From positions 120,863 through 184,862 of the forward strand of contig OZ242172.1 in assembly GCA_965205645.1 (NCBI GenBank): a stretch of DNA of 64,000 bases. Direction: 5' to 3'. The position numbers and the translations under genes are program-made. This DNA is from Bdellovibrionales bacterium. GTDB taxonomy: Bacteria > Bdellovibrionota > Bdellovibrionia > Bdellovibrionales > UBA1609. This document shows, piece by piece, positions 38,261 through 46,815 of the stretch (its first letter is position 1; each line of letters opens with the position of its first letter). A model generated the notes under the pieces. The model did no database searches. It was not told the origin of the DNA and saw nothing but the letters and a program-made list of their open reading frames with translations.

Positions 38261-39091
38261 CTACCTATTTCTTCTTCTAATCGTCGGCAGACCACCTTTT
38301 GTGCGCGCAGGTCTCCTAGCTGTATTGTTTAACACCTGCTCAATGCCGGAAGTTAATACATTAGTTTCATGTTCATGATCACTAGGATGTCTTAAAGATA
38401 AGAACAAAGAACCTGGCGAAGTGGACAGCACATACACTAAATTTTGAATTGCTTTTTTATCTGCTTCAATTGTAATAGAATTAAAATTAGTCGCTGAACG
38501 TAAATTACGAATAAAATTATCTCCGCTAATTTCTTCCAATACACGCGGCAATTCACTAACCACTTTTATTCCTGTCGCTAAAATAACCACATCTTGCATA
38601 ATAGTTCGGACAACGCGTTTTTGGTTGGTCCCTTCCCGAATATCTAAAGCGGCAATGACGTCTATTCTATCTCCAGGTTTTAACAACTTGGCGACTCCTC
38701 GCATTTCATCAATCGGTATCGTTAATGCGCGCCGACCGGGAGCCACTTGCAATGAAAGCCCAGTAGTAGGTCCGGGTTTTGTGATTTTAGTTTGCAAAAT
38801 TTGTTCGCCGGTAGAAATAGGAGCTAGAGCAACAAGCCCCACTGCTTCTTCTACAGAAGACAGAGCAGCAGGCTGCACAAAACTGCTTGGAAATTCTTTT
38901 AACTGTACCATTGTATCATTGATAGTTTCCATCTCCCCAATATCTCTAACCGCTACCAAGACAGAAGTCTGGGCACCAAACCGACGAGAGATTTGCGCAC
39001 TTTTCTCTTGTGTATAACTGTAGATCAGCATCACCGCAAAAATAGCTGCGCCAATACTCATCCATAAAGTAAGCGTTTCGTTTTTATTCAT
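38261..39091 (-). CDS. cpaB: Flp pilus assembly protein CpaB/RcpC
   Basis: N-terminal TM, SAF-like 'VLVAVRDIGEMETIN', and 'RALTIPIDEMRGVAKLLKPGDRIDVIA' typical of CpaB. Confidence 0.8.
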   Translation of the reverse strand: MNKNETLTLWMSIGAAIFAVMLIYSYTQEKSAQISRRFGAQTSVLVAVRDIGEMETINDTMVQLKEFPSSFVQPAALSSVEEAVGLVALAPISTGEQILQTKITKPGPTTGLSLQVAPGRRALTIPIDEMRGVAKLLKPGDRIDVIAALDIREGTNQKRVVRTIMQDVVILATGIKVVSELPRVLEEISGDNFIRNLRSATNFNSITIEADKKAIQNLVYVLSTSPGSLFLSLRHPSDHEHETNVLTSGIEQVLNNTARRPARTKGGLPTIRRRNR

Positions 39092-39158
39092 TAATGTTTT
39101 TGTCGGTAAATAAGCTCGAAAAGATAAATAAATTTAATCGCGTTAAAACAAGGAATGG

Positions 39159-39707
39159 CTATTCACAATCTGCATTCAGACAAATACCATAACCCACCAT
39201 AATCCAAGCGGGTGAAACTAATTCACGGGTATTTTTTGACTTAATCAAACCGTGAATGCCAGTATGATCCGAATCTCGCAAACAACCTGATTGACCTTTG
39301 CAATCCGCCGCCGGATTTTTAAAATCTACAAAACGTAAAGTGGCTCGAGCCTTTTCATCTTGAGCGTCTTCTGACGTAATAAAAGCAAACCGGTTACGTT
39401 GATCTCTATAAAACATATCAGCTACCCCTACAAACGATAGGATACTATAGCCACCGGCTGATCCCAAATTCCCAAAATCTCTTAAGTAAGAAAGATCTGT
39501 TCTATTATTAAAATAAAAAAAACTATTATGTCGGGCGGCAATGGAATTTAAAATTGCTGTATGTGCTAACCCCCAAGAACCAAGAGCTGCGCCCATTAAA
39601 ACAAACATCACTAATATAATAGGTAGTATCTCTATCATTGCCATTCCCTTTACACTAGAAAGCGAATTTCTTCGCAGGGATGTTTTGGATATATGATCTA
39701 TAAACAT
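39159..39707 (-). CDS. TadE/TadF-like pseudopilin
   Basis: Prepilin-type motif 'SSVKG|MAMIEILPIILVMFVLMG' (G-x4-E). Start probably ATG 39707 ('MFIDHISK'), giving a 21-aa leader. The ORF track starts at 39746. Confidence 0.55.
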   Translation of the reverse strand: MFIDHISKTSLRRNSLSSVKGMAMIEILPIILVMFVLMGAALGSWGLAHTAILNSIAARHNSFFYFNNRTDLSYLRDFGNLGSAGGYSILSFVGVADMFYRDQRNRFAFITSEDAQDEKARATLRFVDFKNPAADCKGQSGCLRDSDHTGIHGLIKSKNTRELVSPAWIMVGYGICLNADCE

Positions 39708-39729
39708 CTGATTTATTTTTACCACTATC

Positions 39730-40356
39730 TTAACATCCATTATCAAAATAGCCAGAAGGAGCCCTGTCTAGATTTCCGGCAGGATTGATTTGCATATACC
39801 TTTTATGATTCTCATGAATCCATTTTAGTCTTACAGTATTAAATGATTCACACTCCATCACAGAAGGTTCCCTACCTAAATAGGAACCAATATTAGAGGT
39901 GAATATTTCATCTTTGCTACTGCCTTCCGTCGTACTACCCCAGAGTGGAATATTGATATCCAGCAGTTCAGCTTTAAACACAGTCCAAACCCCCATAAAC
40001 AAATACGGGCTACCTTGACCACCTTGGTTAAAATCTCGATTCAAACCTATTTCCGGAGACTCCTGGATAGTAAACATTCCATTTGAATTACAATGACGAA
40101 AAAAAGAGCAAAGGGAAGAGTGCCTAGTTAACTTATTATATTTATTCGTTGCTGCAGCGATTTGTTGATCTTCATCTAGATGACCCAGCATAAACTGCCG
40201 ACTGGAAGTATAAGTGATATATTGAACTACTTCCGCCACGGACAAAGTGAGTGTCAGCGCTGCAAAGATAGCTACAAATCCCATTAATAGCACCCAGCCA
40301 AATAAGAACTGCACGGCCAGACTACCTTTTTGAGATAACAAATATTTCCTAATCAT
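39730..40356 (-). CDS. TadE/TadF-like pseudopilin
   Basis: 'LSQKG|SLAVQFLFGWVLLMGFVAIFAAL' is leader-plus-hydrophobic-helix pseudopilin-like, with Gln instead of Glu at +5. It sits within the tad operon. Confidence 0.5.
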   Translation of the reverse strand: MIRKYLLSQKGSLAVQFLFGWVLLMGFVAIFAALTLTLSVAEVVQYITYTSSRQFMLGHLDEDQQIAAATNKYNKLTRHSSLCSFFRHCNSNGMFTIQESPEIGLNRDFNQGGQGSPYLFMGVWTVFKAELLDINIPLWGSTTEGSSKDEIFTSNIGSYLGREPSVMECESFNTVRLKWIHENHKRYMQINPAGNLDRAPSGYFDNGC

Positions 40357-40598
40357 TATGGCCCCGGCTGAACAGTATACATACGACTAAACTGATTGGG
40401 ATGTTTGCTCCGCACTTGATTTCTTTTTCCCCAAACACCGGATTCCATCATACCGCCAATTTGCTCCCAAGGAGTTAAAATAAAAGCAGAAAACAAACGA
40501 TGTTTATCCATAAAATTGGAACGAACGGTGTAACCAATAAATAACAAAATAGCCAGGATTAACACCATCTCCACCGTAATTTGTCCTTTTTTACCCAT
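40356..40598 (-). CDS. small prepilin-like protein
   Basis: 'MGKKG|QITVEMVLILAILLFIGY' has a short leader, G-x4-E and a hydrophobic helix. 80 aa. Confidence 0.5.
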   Translation of the reverse strand: MGKKGQITVEMVLILAILLFIGYTVRSNFMDKHRLFSAFILTPWEQIGGMMESGVWGKRNQVRSKHPNQFSRMYTVQPGP

Positions 40599-40671
40599 GT
40601 GTGTACCCCATTTTTCTTAATTCTTAAGTGGCTGTTTATCATTCACTGGCGAGTGTTCAGTTAGCTACTTT

Positions 40672-41217
40672 TTAAGTATACATAGTGGCTGTCAACCACC
40701 CTATCAACAAGCTGACAGAAAAAGGAAAAGCAGTTAACTTATCGGAAATAGGCCGTTTAAACTGAACCAGTAGCCAAAGATTGAGTAACACCATCCGAAT
40801 TTTTTTATCTAAACAAGATTTCACCAACCCTAAAACACCTCCCCAAACAACAGCAAAAACGAGAGAAAAAAATAAAAGACGCGGCGAACTCACAAAACCT
40901 AAAACAACATATAATTTCATATCCCCACCCCCAATGACTTTCATTAAGACTAAAGGCGCAGTTAACCCCAAGGCTAAAACACTTTTGCCAAGCACAGGAA
41001 GCACACCTTCCATTAATAGCTGAGATAAAAAAGCAAAAACTAAAAGCTGATTTTTCTGCCGAATCTCTTCAAGATTCCAGTTTATTTGAAAACAAAAAAC
41101 AAAAATTAAGGCTAAAGCCGCTAAAATTAAAATCAGCCGATTATGAATTTTTCTAGATCGTAAATCATCCAATACTCCCACCAGTAAAATACAAGCAGGG
41201 AAAATAACATCCATCAT
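40672..41217 (-). CDS. prepilin peptidase, A24 family (CpaA/TadV)
   Basis: Two Asp motifs, 'VLDDLRSRKIHN' and 'GGGDMKL'. Polytopic membrane protein. Confidence 0.8.
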   Translation of the reverse strand: MMDVIFPACILLVGVLDDLRSRKIHNRLILILAALALIFVFCFQINWNLEEIRQKNQLLVFAFLSQLLMEGVLPVLGKSVLALGLTAPLVLMKVIGGGDMKLYVVLGFVSSPRLLFFSLVFAVVWGGVLGLVKSCLDKKIRMVLLNLWLLVQFKRPISDKLTAFPFSVSLLIGWLTATMYT

Positions 41218-41317
41218 AGATAATATTTAACGATAAAATAAAAAACCTGACAATCTTTAAAGTGTAAACTTTTATGGAAGATAGCTCATAAACATAGACA
41301 ATATGAAATTTTTGAAA

Positions 41318-41542
41318 TTAAAAGAATAAACTTCTATCCGGAGGCGAGTATAGCGGTTTTTTCCACTGTACTTTGGAGCTTTCCCAAAAACCTCCTCCAC
41401 AAGCGACATGTTTTTCTATACGTGCTGACAAATAAGGAAGAGATTTTTGAAATGTCTGTGTAAGTCCCCATTTGGGATGTACAAATACACCCATCACCAA
41501 AAACACATAAAAAGACAAAAGTAGCACTAATTCAGCTGTCAT
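41318..41542 (-). CDS. hypothetical small membrane protein in the tad operon
   Basis: 74-aa ORF starting 10 nt after the flp stop. 'MTAELVLLLSFYVFLVMGVFV' is a single TM. No leader is possible because there is a TAG two codons upstream. Confidence 0.35.
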   Translation of the reverse strand: MTAELVLLLSFYVFLVMGVFVHPKWGLTQTFQKSLPYLSARIEKHVACGGGFWESSKVQWKKPLYSPPDRSLFF

Positions 41543-41552
41543 ACTAAACTAA

Positions 41553-41735
41553 TTACTTGAAACCTTGAATCTGACCAGCAATATCACCGAATTTGTCTGT
41601 TAATATTTTAGTTATTTGGCCTTTAAATAGAATGCCCACAGCAACAATGCCCACCAGAATCAATACATATTCGGCAGTACCTTGTCCGGATTCATCTTGC
41701 CATAGTTTTAAGGCTAGTAATTTAAGCTGTTTCAT
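41553..41735 (-). CDS. flp: Flp-family type IVb pilin
   Basis: 60 aa, 'ESG|QGTAEYVLILVGIVAVGILF' (Flp G-x4-EY motif). AAGGAGG RBS. Confidence 0.85.
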   Translation of the reverse strand: MKQLKLLALKLWQDESGQGTAEYVLILVGIVAVGILFKGQITKILTDKFGDIAGQIQGFK

Positions 41736-41837
41736 TTACCCCTCCTTAAGTACTTCGTTCGGCTAGCAGAAGAAAAAACTTTATTTTTCTCGTTTTGAAA
41801 CAAAATAATCTAACCTGGGTAACCGATAAAGTGCTTA

Positions 41838-42878
41838 ATGAATATTTTAAAAAAAATATCCTGCGACTTTGGTAGGTGTATTCCGATCAGCGACACGGAT
41901 AATATTGTTCAGCAAACAAAATGTAGCAAATGTGTCCCCCCTCTTCATCAGAATCATAGGAGCGACAACCATTCTATCGCAGGACAGGCGATTGTAGAGT
42001 ATGTACTTATTTTAACCGTATTAGTTTTTGTCGGAGGAGGACTTTTATTTACCTTCAATAAAGGAGTACAAGCTTGGGGAAAAGCTTTACTAGGAACAGA
42101 TGGATATTTTGCCTGCTTGTTACAAACCGGTTTATTACCTATGCAAAATAGGCCAGGAGCAGAATGCGGAAGTCCGGCAGATTCCGCGAAAGCTTTTAAA
42201 GATATGGACTTAACGCTCCCTTCTTCTGGAGGTGGTGGTGGTAGTAACCCTAGCTCGCCATCAGGTAGCACAAATAACTCTAGTTCTAATAAATTATCAA
42301 ATAACAAATCTGATTCATCTTCCTCAACAAATGAAAATGAAAATGGAAATACCTATCCAACTAGTAACCGGAGAACGGCATCCAAACCTACTAGATCTGC
42401 CGGCAAAAATAGCAGTACCTATCAACCCTCTGGACAGCTAATAACTAACAATAAACTAAACAACTTAGATGATATGGCATCTAATACTACATACACTAAA
42501 CGCAATCGTAGAAAAAAAAACAGAAGATTAACAGTTAAAAAAAATAAGCCAGGGTTTAAAGGTTATGAATCGGAAAATAAAAACAAACGATACACACAAG
42601 TCTATTCCGGTGGCTTCTTAACAGAAAAAGAAGAACAAGAACAAAGATCGCGCGCAATCGCTGTCGCTAGCTTAGGAAAAAAAAACAACCTAACCAGCCA
42701 CAAGAAAAAACCTATGCGACTGGTAAAAAAACTAAAAACTAAAACACAAAAAGATCTAGAAATTGGAGATTGGTCTTTTGGTAATATATTCCGATTTGTC
42801 TTAATTATTGGTATTCTGTGCATTATTGCTTTCTTGATCGCTAACCAAACTAACTCTGTTAGAAAAGCTCTCAAATAG
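41838..42878 (+). CDS. Flp-motif protein with long Cys-containing leader, Ser/Asn/Lys-rich low-complexity body and C-terminal TM (P3)
   Basis: 'SIAG|QAIVEYVLILTVLVFVGGG' at aa 46-70. Also 'SSGGGGGS', 'KPGFKGY', a poly-K/R region, and 'GNIFRFVLIIGILCIIAFLIA' at the C-terminus. Divergent from flp. Confidence 0.5.
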   Translation: MNILKKISCDFGRCIPISDTDNIVQQTKCSKCVPPLHQNHRSDNHSIAGQAIVEYVLILTVLVFVGGGLLFTFNKGVQAWGKALLGTDGYFACLLQTGLLPMQNRPGAECGSPADSAKAFKDMDLTLPSSGGGGGSNPSSPSGSTNNSSSNKLSNNKSDSSSSTNENENGNTYPTSNRRTASKPTRSAGKNSSTYQPSGQLITNNKLNNLDDMASNTTYTKRNRRKKNRRLTVKKNKPGFKGYESENKNKRYTQVYSGGFLTEKEEQEQRSRAIAVASLGKKNNLTSHKKKPMRLVKKLKTKTQKDLEIGDWSFGNIFRFVLIIGILCIIAFLIANQTNSVRKALK

Positions 42879-42932
42879 AGTAACTTTTTAACAATCAACG
42901 TATTAGCTATTTATGAAACAAAAATAAGTTTA

Positions 42933-43556
42933 TTAAAACTGAGGATTTATTTCTAAGTAGGTAAATATTTCACAATTATAATTGGCTCTTACATAGAATT
43001 TCTTTGTATTTTTTTGATATTGATCGCAGCCTAAGTAGTTTTTCGTACTAAAATGAACGACTTTACTATACATAAAAACAGGAACTTCAAAAAAACTAGT
43101 AGTTCCAGTATCAGAATCAAAGCACTGCATTGTAGAAAATATAAATGGTATGCAAGAACCAGATTTATATAACAAATTTGTAATATCCACTAGATCGCCT
43201 AACTCGTTAAAATACTTATGATTTCCATAGCTAAGAAGTGGTATTATATATTTTTTACCCTGATCCATGGTCATGCTTACCGGCGAATGATAAGAGATAC
43301 TATCTGGAGAAAATATTTCCGAGTCAGTAGTATAACCATACTGAATAGCATCACAAGCTAAACTACCCCCTTGAGATTTCTTATATTGATTGACTTGTAA
43401 TATATGAGAATCCCTTGTTTTAGAGTTGATACAGATAAGAGCTGATCTCCTAAATGGTAAGGGAGCGTTAGTTGTTAATTCTTCATATTGACTGTAAGCG
43501 AAAATGGGCACTAATATAAAACCGAAGGTGTAAAAAAATAAAATCCAGTTTTTCAT
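42933..43556 (-). CDS. hypothetical secreted protein
   Basis: Start taken at ATG 43556, giving 'MKNWILFFYTFGFILVPIFAYS'. No recognisable domain. Confidence 0.45.
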   Translation of the reverse strand: MKNWILFFYTFGFILVPIFAYSQYEELTTNAPLPFRRSALICINSKTRDSHILQVNQYKKSQGGSLACDAIQYGYTTDSEIFSPDSISYHSPVSMTMDQGKKYIIPLLSYGNHKYFNELGDLVDITNLLYKSGSCIPFIFSTMQCFDSDTGTTSFFEVPVFMYSKVVHFSTKNYLGCDQYQKNTKKFYVRANYNCEIFTYLEINPQF

Positions 43557-43715
43557 AGTTTTTTCAAAATAAAATTTCTGATAATTATTGTCAATAATAC
43601 ACTGCATAATTTTTCGGAACCGATTCAAGTTTCGAAAGAACAAAGTTTTTTGATACTTTCAAATTACCAAGTGTTATTTGACAGAGTTTTTAAATAAGCG
43701 ATATAAAAAACTCCA

Positions 43716-45368
43716 GTGAAGATAGCTCTAGCCCAAATTAATCCTTCTATGGGGAATATTTCCCTAAACCAAAAAAAAATTTTAAACTGGTGTTTAAAAG
43801 CCAAAAAACAACAAGCAGACTTAATTATTTTTCCTGAGATGGCTACCAGCGGTTATTCACCACTAGATATATTAAAACAAAAATGCTTTTTACAGAAAAC
43901 ACAAGCAGCCGTGCAAGCGATTTGCCAACGTCTGCCAAGCGGACTAAGTGTTATTTTAGGTAGCCCAGCAGGTCATACGCCACCAGCAACAAATAGTGCA
44001 TTTGTTCTACAAAAAAACAAATGTAAAACATACTCCAAACAAATCCTCGCAGACTACGACGTCTTTGACGAAAAAAGATATTTTAAAAAAGGCTTATTAA
44101 AAGATAATTTTTTCTATTTACAAAAAATAAAAACACAGCTGCTGATCTGTGAGGAAATGTGGCAATTAGAAAATCATCACATCCAGCTAGATAAACCTCA
44201 GCTCATCATTAGCATTCACGCTTCCCCTTTTGAAATATATAAACATAGAAAAAGAGAAATGATAGCTAGCCGGCTAGCTCAAACATACCAATGCCCATTG
44301 ATTTATGTGAATTTAATCGGAGGACAAGAAGAACTTATCTTTGACGGTGGAAGTTTTATCCTTAACCCCCAAGGAGAAAAACTATATCAAGCGCCATTTT
44401 TTAAAGAACATTTAACAATAATATCCATCACCCCACCAAAGAAGGTACCTTCGCCGCGATTCCCTGCACCTATGTCACAATCTTACACATCAAGTTTACC
44501 AAGTGACCCCCTCTGGGGGCGCCGCGATTCCTTGCACCCATGTCACGACTCTGTAAATTATGTTCACTTAATATCTGCTCTAGTATTTGGAATCAAAGAA
44601 TTTGTACGTAAAAATAATTTCAAAAAAATACATTTAGGGCTTAGTGGTGGACTAGATTCTGCTGTACTTAGTCACCTGGCCTGCCAGGCATTAGGTGCTA
44701 AAAATGTAAGCCTCATTTTTTTACCAGGGCCTTTTACTTCTTCACTTTCTTTTAAAGCGGTTCAAGATTTATCCAAAAAACTTAACTGCCAACTATACAC
44801 TTATAGTATCACTCCTACTTATCAACGAATTTTAAAAAATTGGCCAAAAGGCTTTGGGAAATCACGTGCCAGGAGTAAAGAAAATCTACAAGCTAGAATC
44901 CGATGTCTTTATCTAATGGCATGGTCCAACCAATATCCACAAAGCCTGCTGCTTGGATCATCTAACAAAAGTGAGTTGTCATTAGGTTATGCCACCTTAT
45001 ATGGCGACCTAAGCTGCGGACTTCTACCTATTGGAGATCTATTTAAAACAGAAGTTTTACAGTTAGCAAAGCATCTTAAACGTCCTGCTATTCCTCATGC
45101 TATTCAACATCGCCCCCCCAGTGCAGAATTAAGAGCAAATCAAACAGATGCACAAGATATTCCTCCTTATCAAGTATTAGATCCAATCCTTAAAAAACTA
45201 ATAGAGCTTCAAAAAGATCCTCAAAATAAATTAGAAAAAAATATTTTCAAACAAATATTACTTAGCGAATTTAAAAGACGGCAAGCTGCACCAATACTAA
45301 AAGTTAAAGAACGTAGTTTTGATAGAGGCTGGAGATATCCTCTTTCTGTTCAACCAAAGTTTTTTTAA
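43716..45368 (+). CDS. nadE: glutamine-dependent NAD+ synthetase
   Basis: CN-hydrolase half ('DLIIFPEMATSGY', 'LLICEEMW') and NAD synthase half ('GLSGGLDSAV', 'SNKSELSLGYATLYGD'). GTG start. Confidence 0.9.
   Translation: MKIALAQINPSMGNISLNQKKILNWCLKAKKQQADLIIFPEMATSGYSPLDILKQKCFLQKTQAAVQAICQRLPSGLSVILGSPAGHTPPATNSAFVLQKNKCKTYSKQILADYDVFDEKRYFKKGLLKDNFFYLQKIKTQLLICEEMWQLENHHIQLDKPQLIISIHASPFEIYKHRKREMIASRLAQTYQCPLIYVNLIGGQEELIFDGGSFILNPQGEKLYQAPFFKEHLTIISITPPKKVPSPRFPAPMSQSYTSSLPSDPLWGRRDSLHPCHDSVNYVHLISALVFGIKEFVRKNNFKKIHLGLSGGLDSAVLSHLACQALGAKNVSLIFLPGPFTSSLSFKAVQDLSKKLNCQLYTYSITPTYQRILKNWPKGFGKSRARSKENLQARIRCLYLMAWSNQYPQSLLLGSSNKSELSLGYATLYGDLSCGLLPIGDLFKTEVLQLAKHLKRPAIPHAIQHRPPSAELRANQTDAQDIPPYQVLDPILKKLIELQKDPQNKLEKNIFKQILLSEFKRRQAAPILKVKERSFDRGWRYPLSVQPKFF
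44446..44567. repeat. two tandem units (U3a, U3b) of the dispersed repeat, in-frame in nadE
   Basis: U3a is 'taccTTCGCCGCGATTCCCTGCACCTATGTCACAATCTTACACATCAAGTTTAC'. U3b is 'gtgaccccctctgggggcGCCGCGATTCCTTGCACCCATGTCACGACTCTGTAAATTATGTTCAC'. Confidence 0.7.
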
Positions 45369-45970
45369 TCAAATAAAGAAAATTGATGTGCTCTAAGTGG
45401 AGGAAACTTTAATTCTTTTTTTCCAGACAATTTTAATAAAGTGGGAATATCCACTGTGTATCCCCTGTCACGGATTTTCCGCAAAATAGCGCAAAACAAT
45501 TTTCCGCAAGCCCATGCATCTTGTTCTGCACGATGAAAATTTTTAGAAGAAATTTTTAAATGCTCCGCCAAAGTGGATAATTTATAGTTGCTCAGCCCAG
45601 GCAATACGACTTTAGAAAGAGCATAGGTATCTAACATCGGACCGGAAGGTGCTGAACACTGATGTTTTTCCATAGCTGTAGCTAAAAATTGAAAATCAAA
45701 AATAGCATTATGTGCCACTAACCAATCCGAACTGCAAAAATCACAAAAAGGTTTTAACACTTCTTCTATCTTCGGTTCGGTTTTAAGCATTTCATTTGTA
45801 ATACCATTGATCCGAGAAGCTTCCTCCGGCATTTGCACACCTGGGTTAACTAAGGAGCTAAATTGATCCTGGACTGTCTCATCAGAAAAACGGACAGCAG
45901 CTAGCTCTACGATATGATCCATATAAGATAAGGTACCGGTTGTTTCCACATCTACTGCTACGAAATTCAT
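45365..45970 (-). CDS. DEDDh 3'-5' exonuclease (DNA polymerase III epsilon-like)
   Basis: 'VAVDVETTG', 'HNAIFDFQFL', 'FHRAEQDA'. Confidence 0.8.
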   Translation of the reverse strand: MNFVAVDVETTGTLSYMDHIVELAAVRFSDETVQDQFSSLVNPGVQMPEEASRINGITNEMLKTEPKIEEVLKPFCDFCSSDWLVAHNAIFDFQFLATAMEKHQCSAPSGPMLDTYALSKVVLPGLSNYKLSTLAEHLKISSKNFHRAEQDAWACGKLFCAILRKIRDRGYTVDIPTLLKLSGKKELKFPPLRAHQFSLFD

Positions 45971-46815
45971 CTGTTCTCCGTTGCTTTAGTTTTAAAAAGT
46001 CTAGCTGTTTGTTCACCCTCACCTAAACGACCTAAATCCTCTCCATTTTGAAAAATTTGAACTAAATTAGATTTATCTGTTTGAATTAATAAAGAATTTT
46101 TTGCCTTCAACACTTCAAAATGATCTTTCTTCAAATAAATATTCTGAGTCTCCCCTCCATCGGACTGATAAAACACCTGAACTACCCCTAACGCTTTTAC
46201 TACGATTTCTAAACCATTAGTTGACAGCGTAGGTACAACAACAGGTTTTTTCTCTACTAAACGAGGAGCCGGCTCAACACTACTTGGAACCTCTGGTGAA
46301 ACAGATAATTGTTTTCCTTCTTCTTTTGAAGACGGATGAACAGTCGTTGGCATAACGGATTTAGTATTTGTATTTTTTATAAAAGATTTTGGTGTATCAC
46401 AAGAACGAATCATATTGAAAAACACCAACACTCCACCGAGCACAAGCAAAATAATACTAGCGACTATTACTGGCATTAAATGTAACTCTGTTTCAACCAT
46501 ATTTTCCAAGTCAGATACACCACTAGCTGGTTTAACCGCTGGCACTTCCTGCTGAGGAAGCAACATTTGAACTTCCTTTAATAAACTTTGCTCTTTTAAA
46601 CCAACAATACGTGCATAGCTTAAAATAAATCCACGTAAATACACATATACTGGCAAGTTTTCCATCTGCCCTTCTTCAATGGCCTTTAAAACAGTCGAGC
46701 TAATACAAGTTTTTTGAGATATCTCTTTTAAAGATAGATTTAAAGCTTTTCGTTTATCTTTTAAAGCCTGTCCAATATGTAATAACTGCTGCTGAATCTT
46801 TATTTTTGGTTCCAT
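45967..46815 (-). CDS. rodZ: cytoskeleton protein RodZ-like (HTH, single TM)
   Basis: 'LSLKEISQKTCISSTVLKAIEEG', 'YLRGFILSYARIVGL', central TM 'MPVIVASIILLVLGGVLVFF'. ndk-TPR-rodZ synteny. Confidence 0.75.
   Translation of the reverse strand: MEPKIKIQQQLLHIGQALKDKRKALNLSLKEISQKTCISSTVLKAIEEGQMENLPVYVYLRGFILSYARIVGLKEQSLLKEVQMLLPQQEVPAVKPASGVSDLENMVETELHLMPVIVASIILLVLGGVLVFFNMIRSCDTPKSFIKNTNTKSVMPTTVHPSSKEEGKQLSVSPEVPSSVEPAPRLVEKKPVVVPTLSTNGLEIVVKALGVVQVFYQSDGGETQNIYLKKDHFEVLKAKNSLLIQTDKSNLVQIFQNGEDLGRLGEGEQTARLFKTKATENR

Noticed and set aside
38625-39017. 130-aa plus-strand ORF inside cpaB, with similar antisense ORFs in lon, clpX, sucC, groEL and uvrA
   Set aside because: They are embedded in strongly supported genes on the other strand and have no independent signals.
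44446-44567. Possibility that the in-frame repeat units are inteins, introns or programmed-frameshift cassettes
   Set aside because: They are far too short (about 18-23 codons per unit) and lack intein blocks and group I/II intron structure. The frame is continuous, so no recoding is needed.
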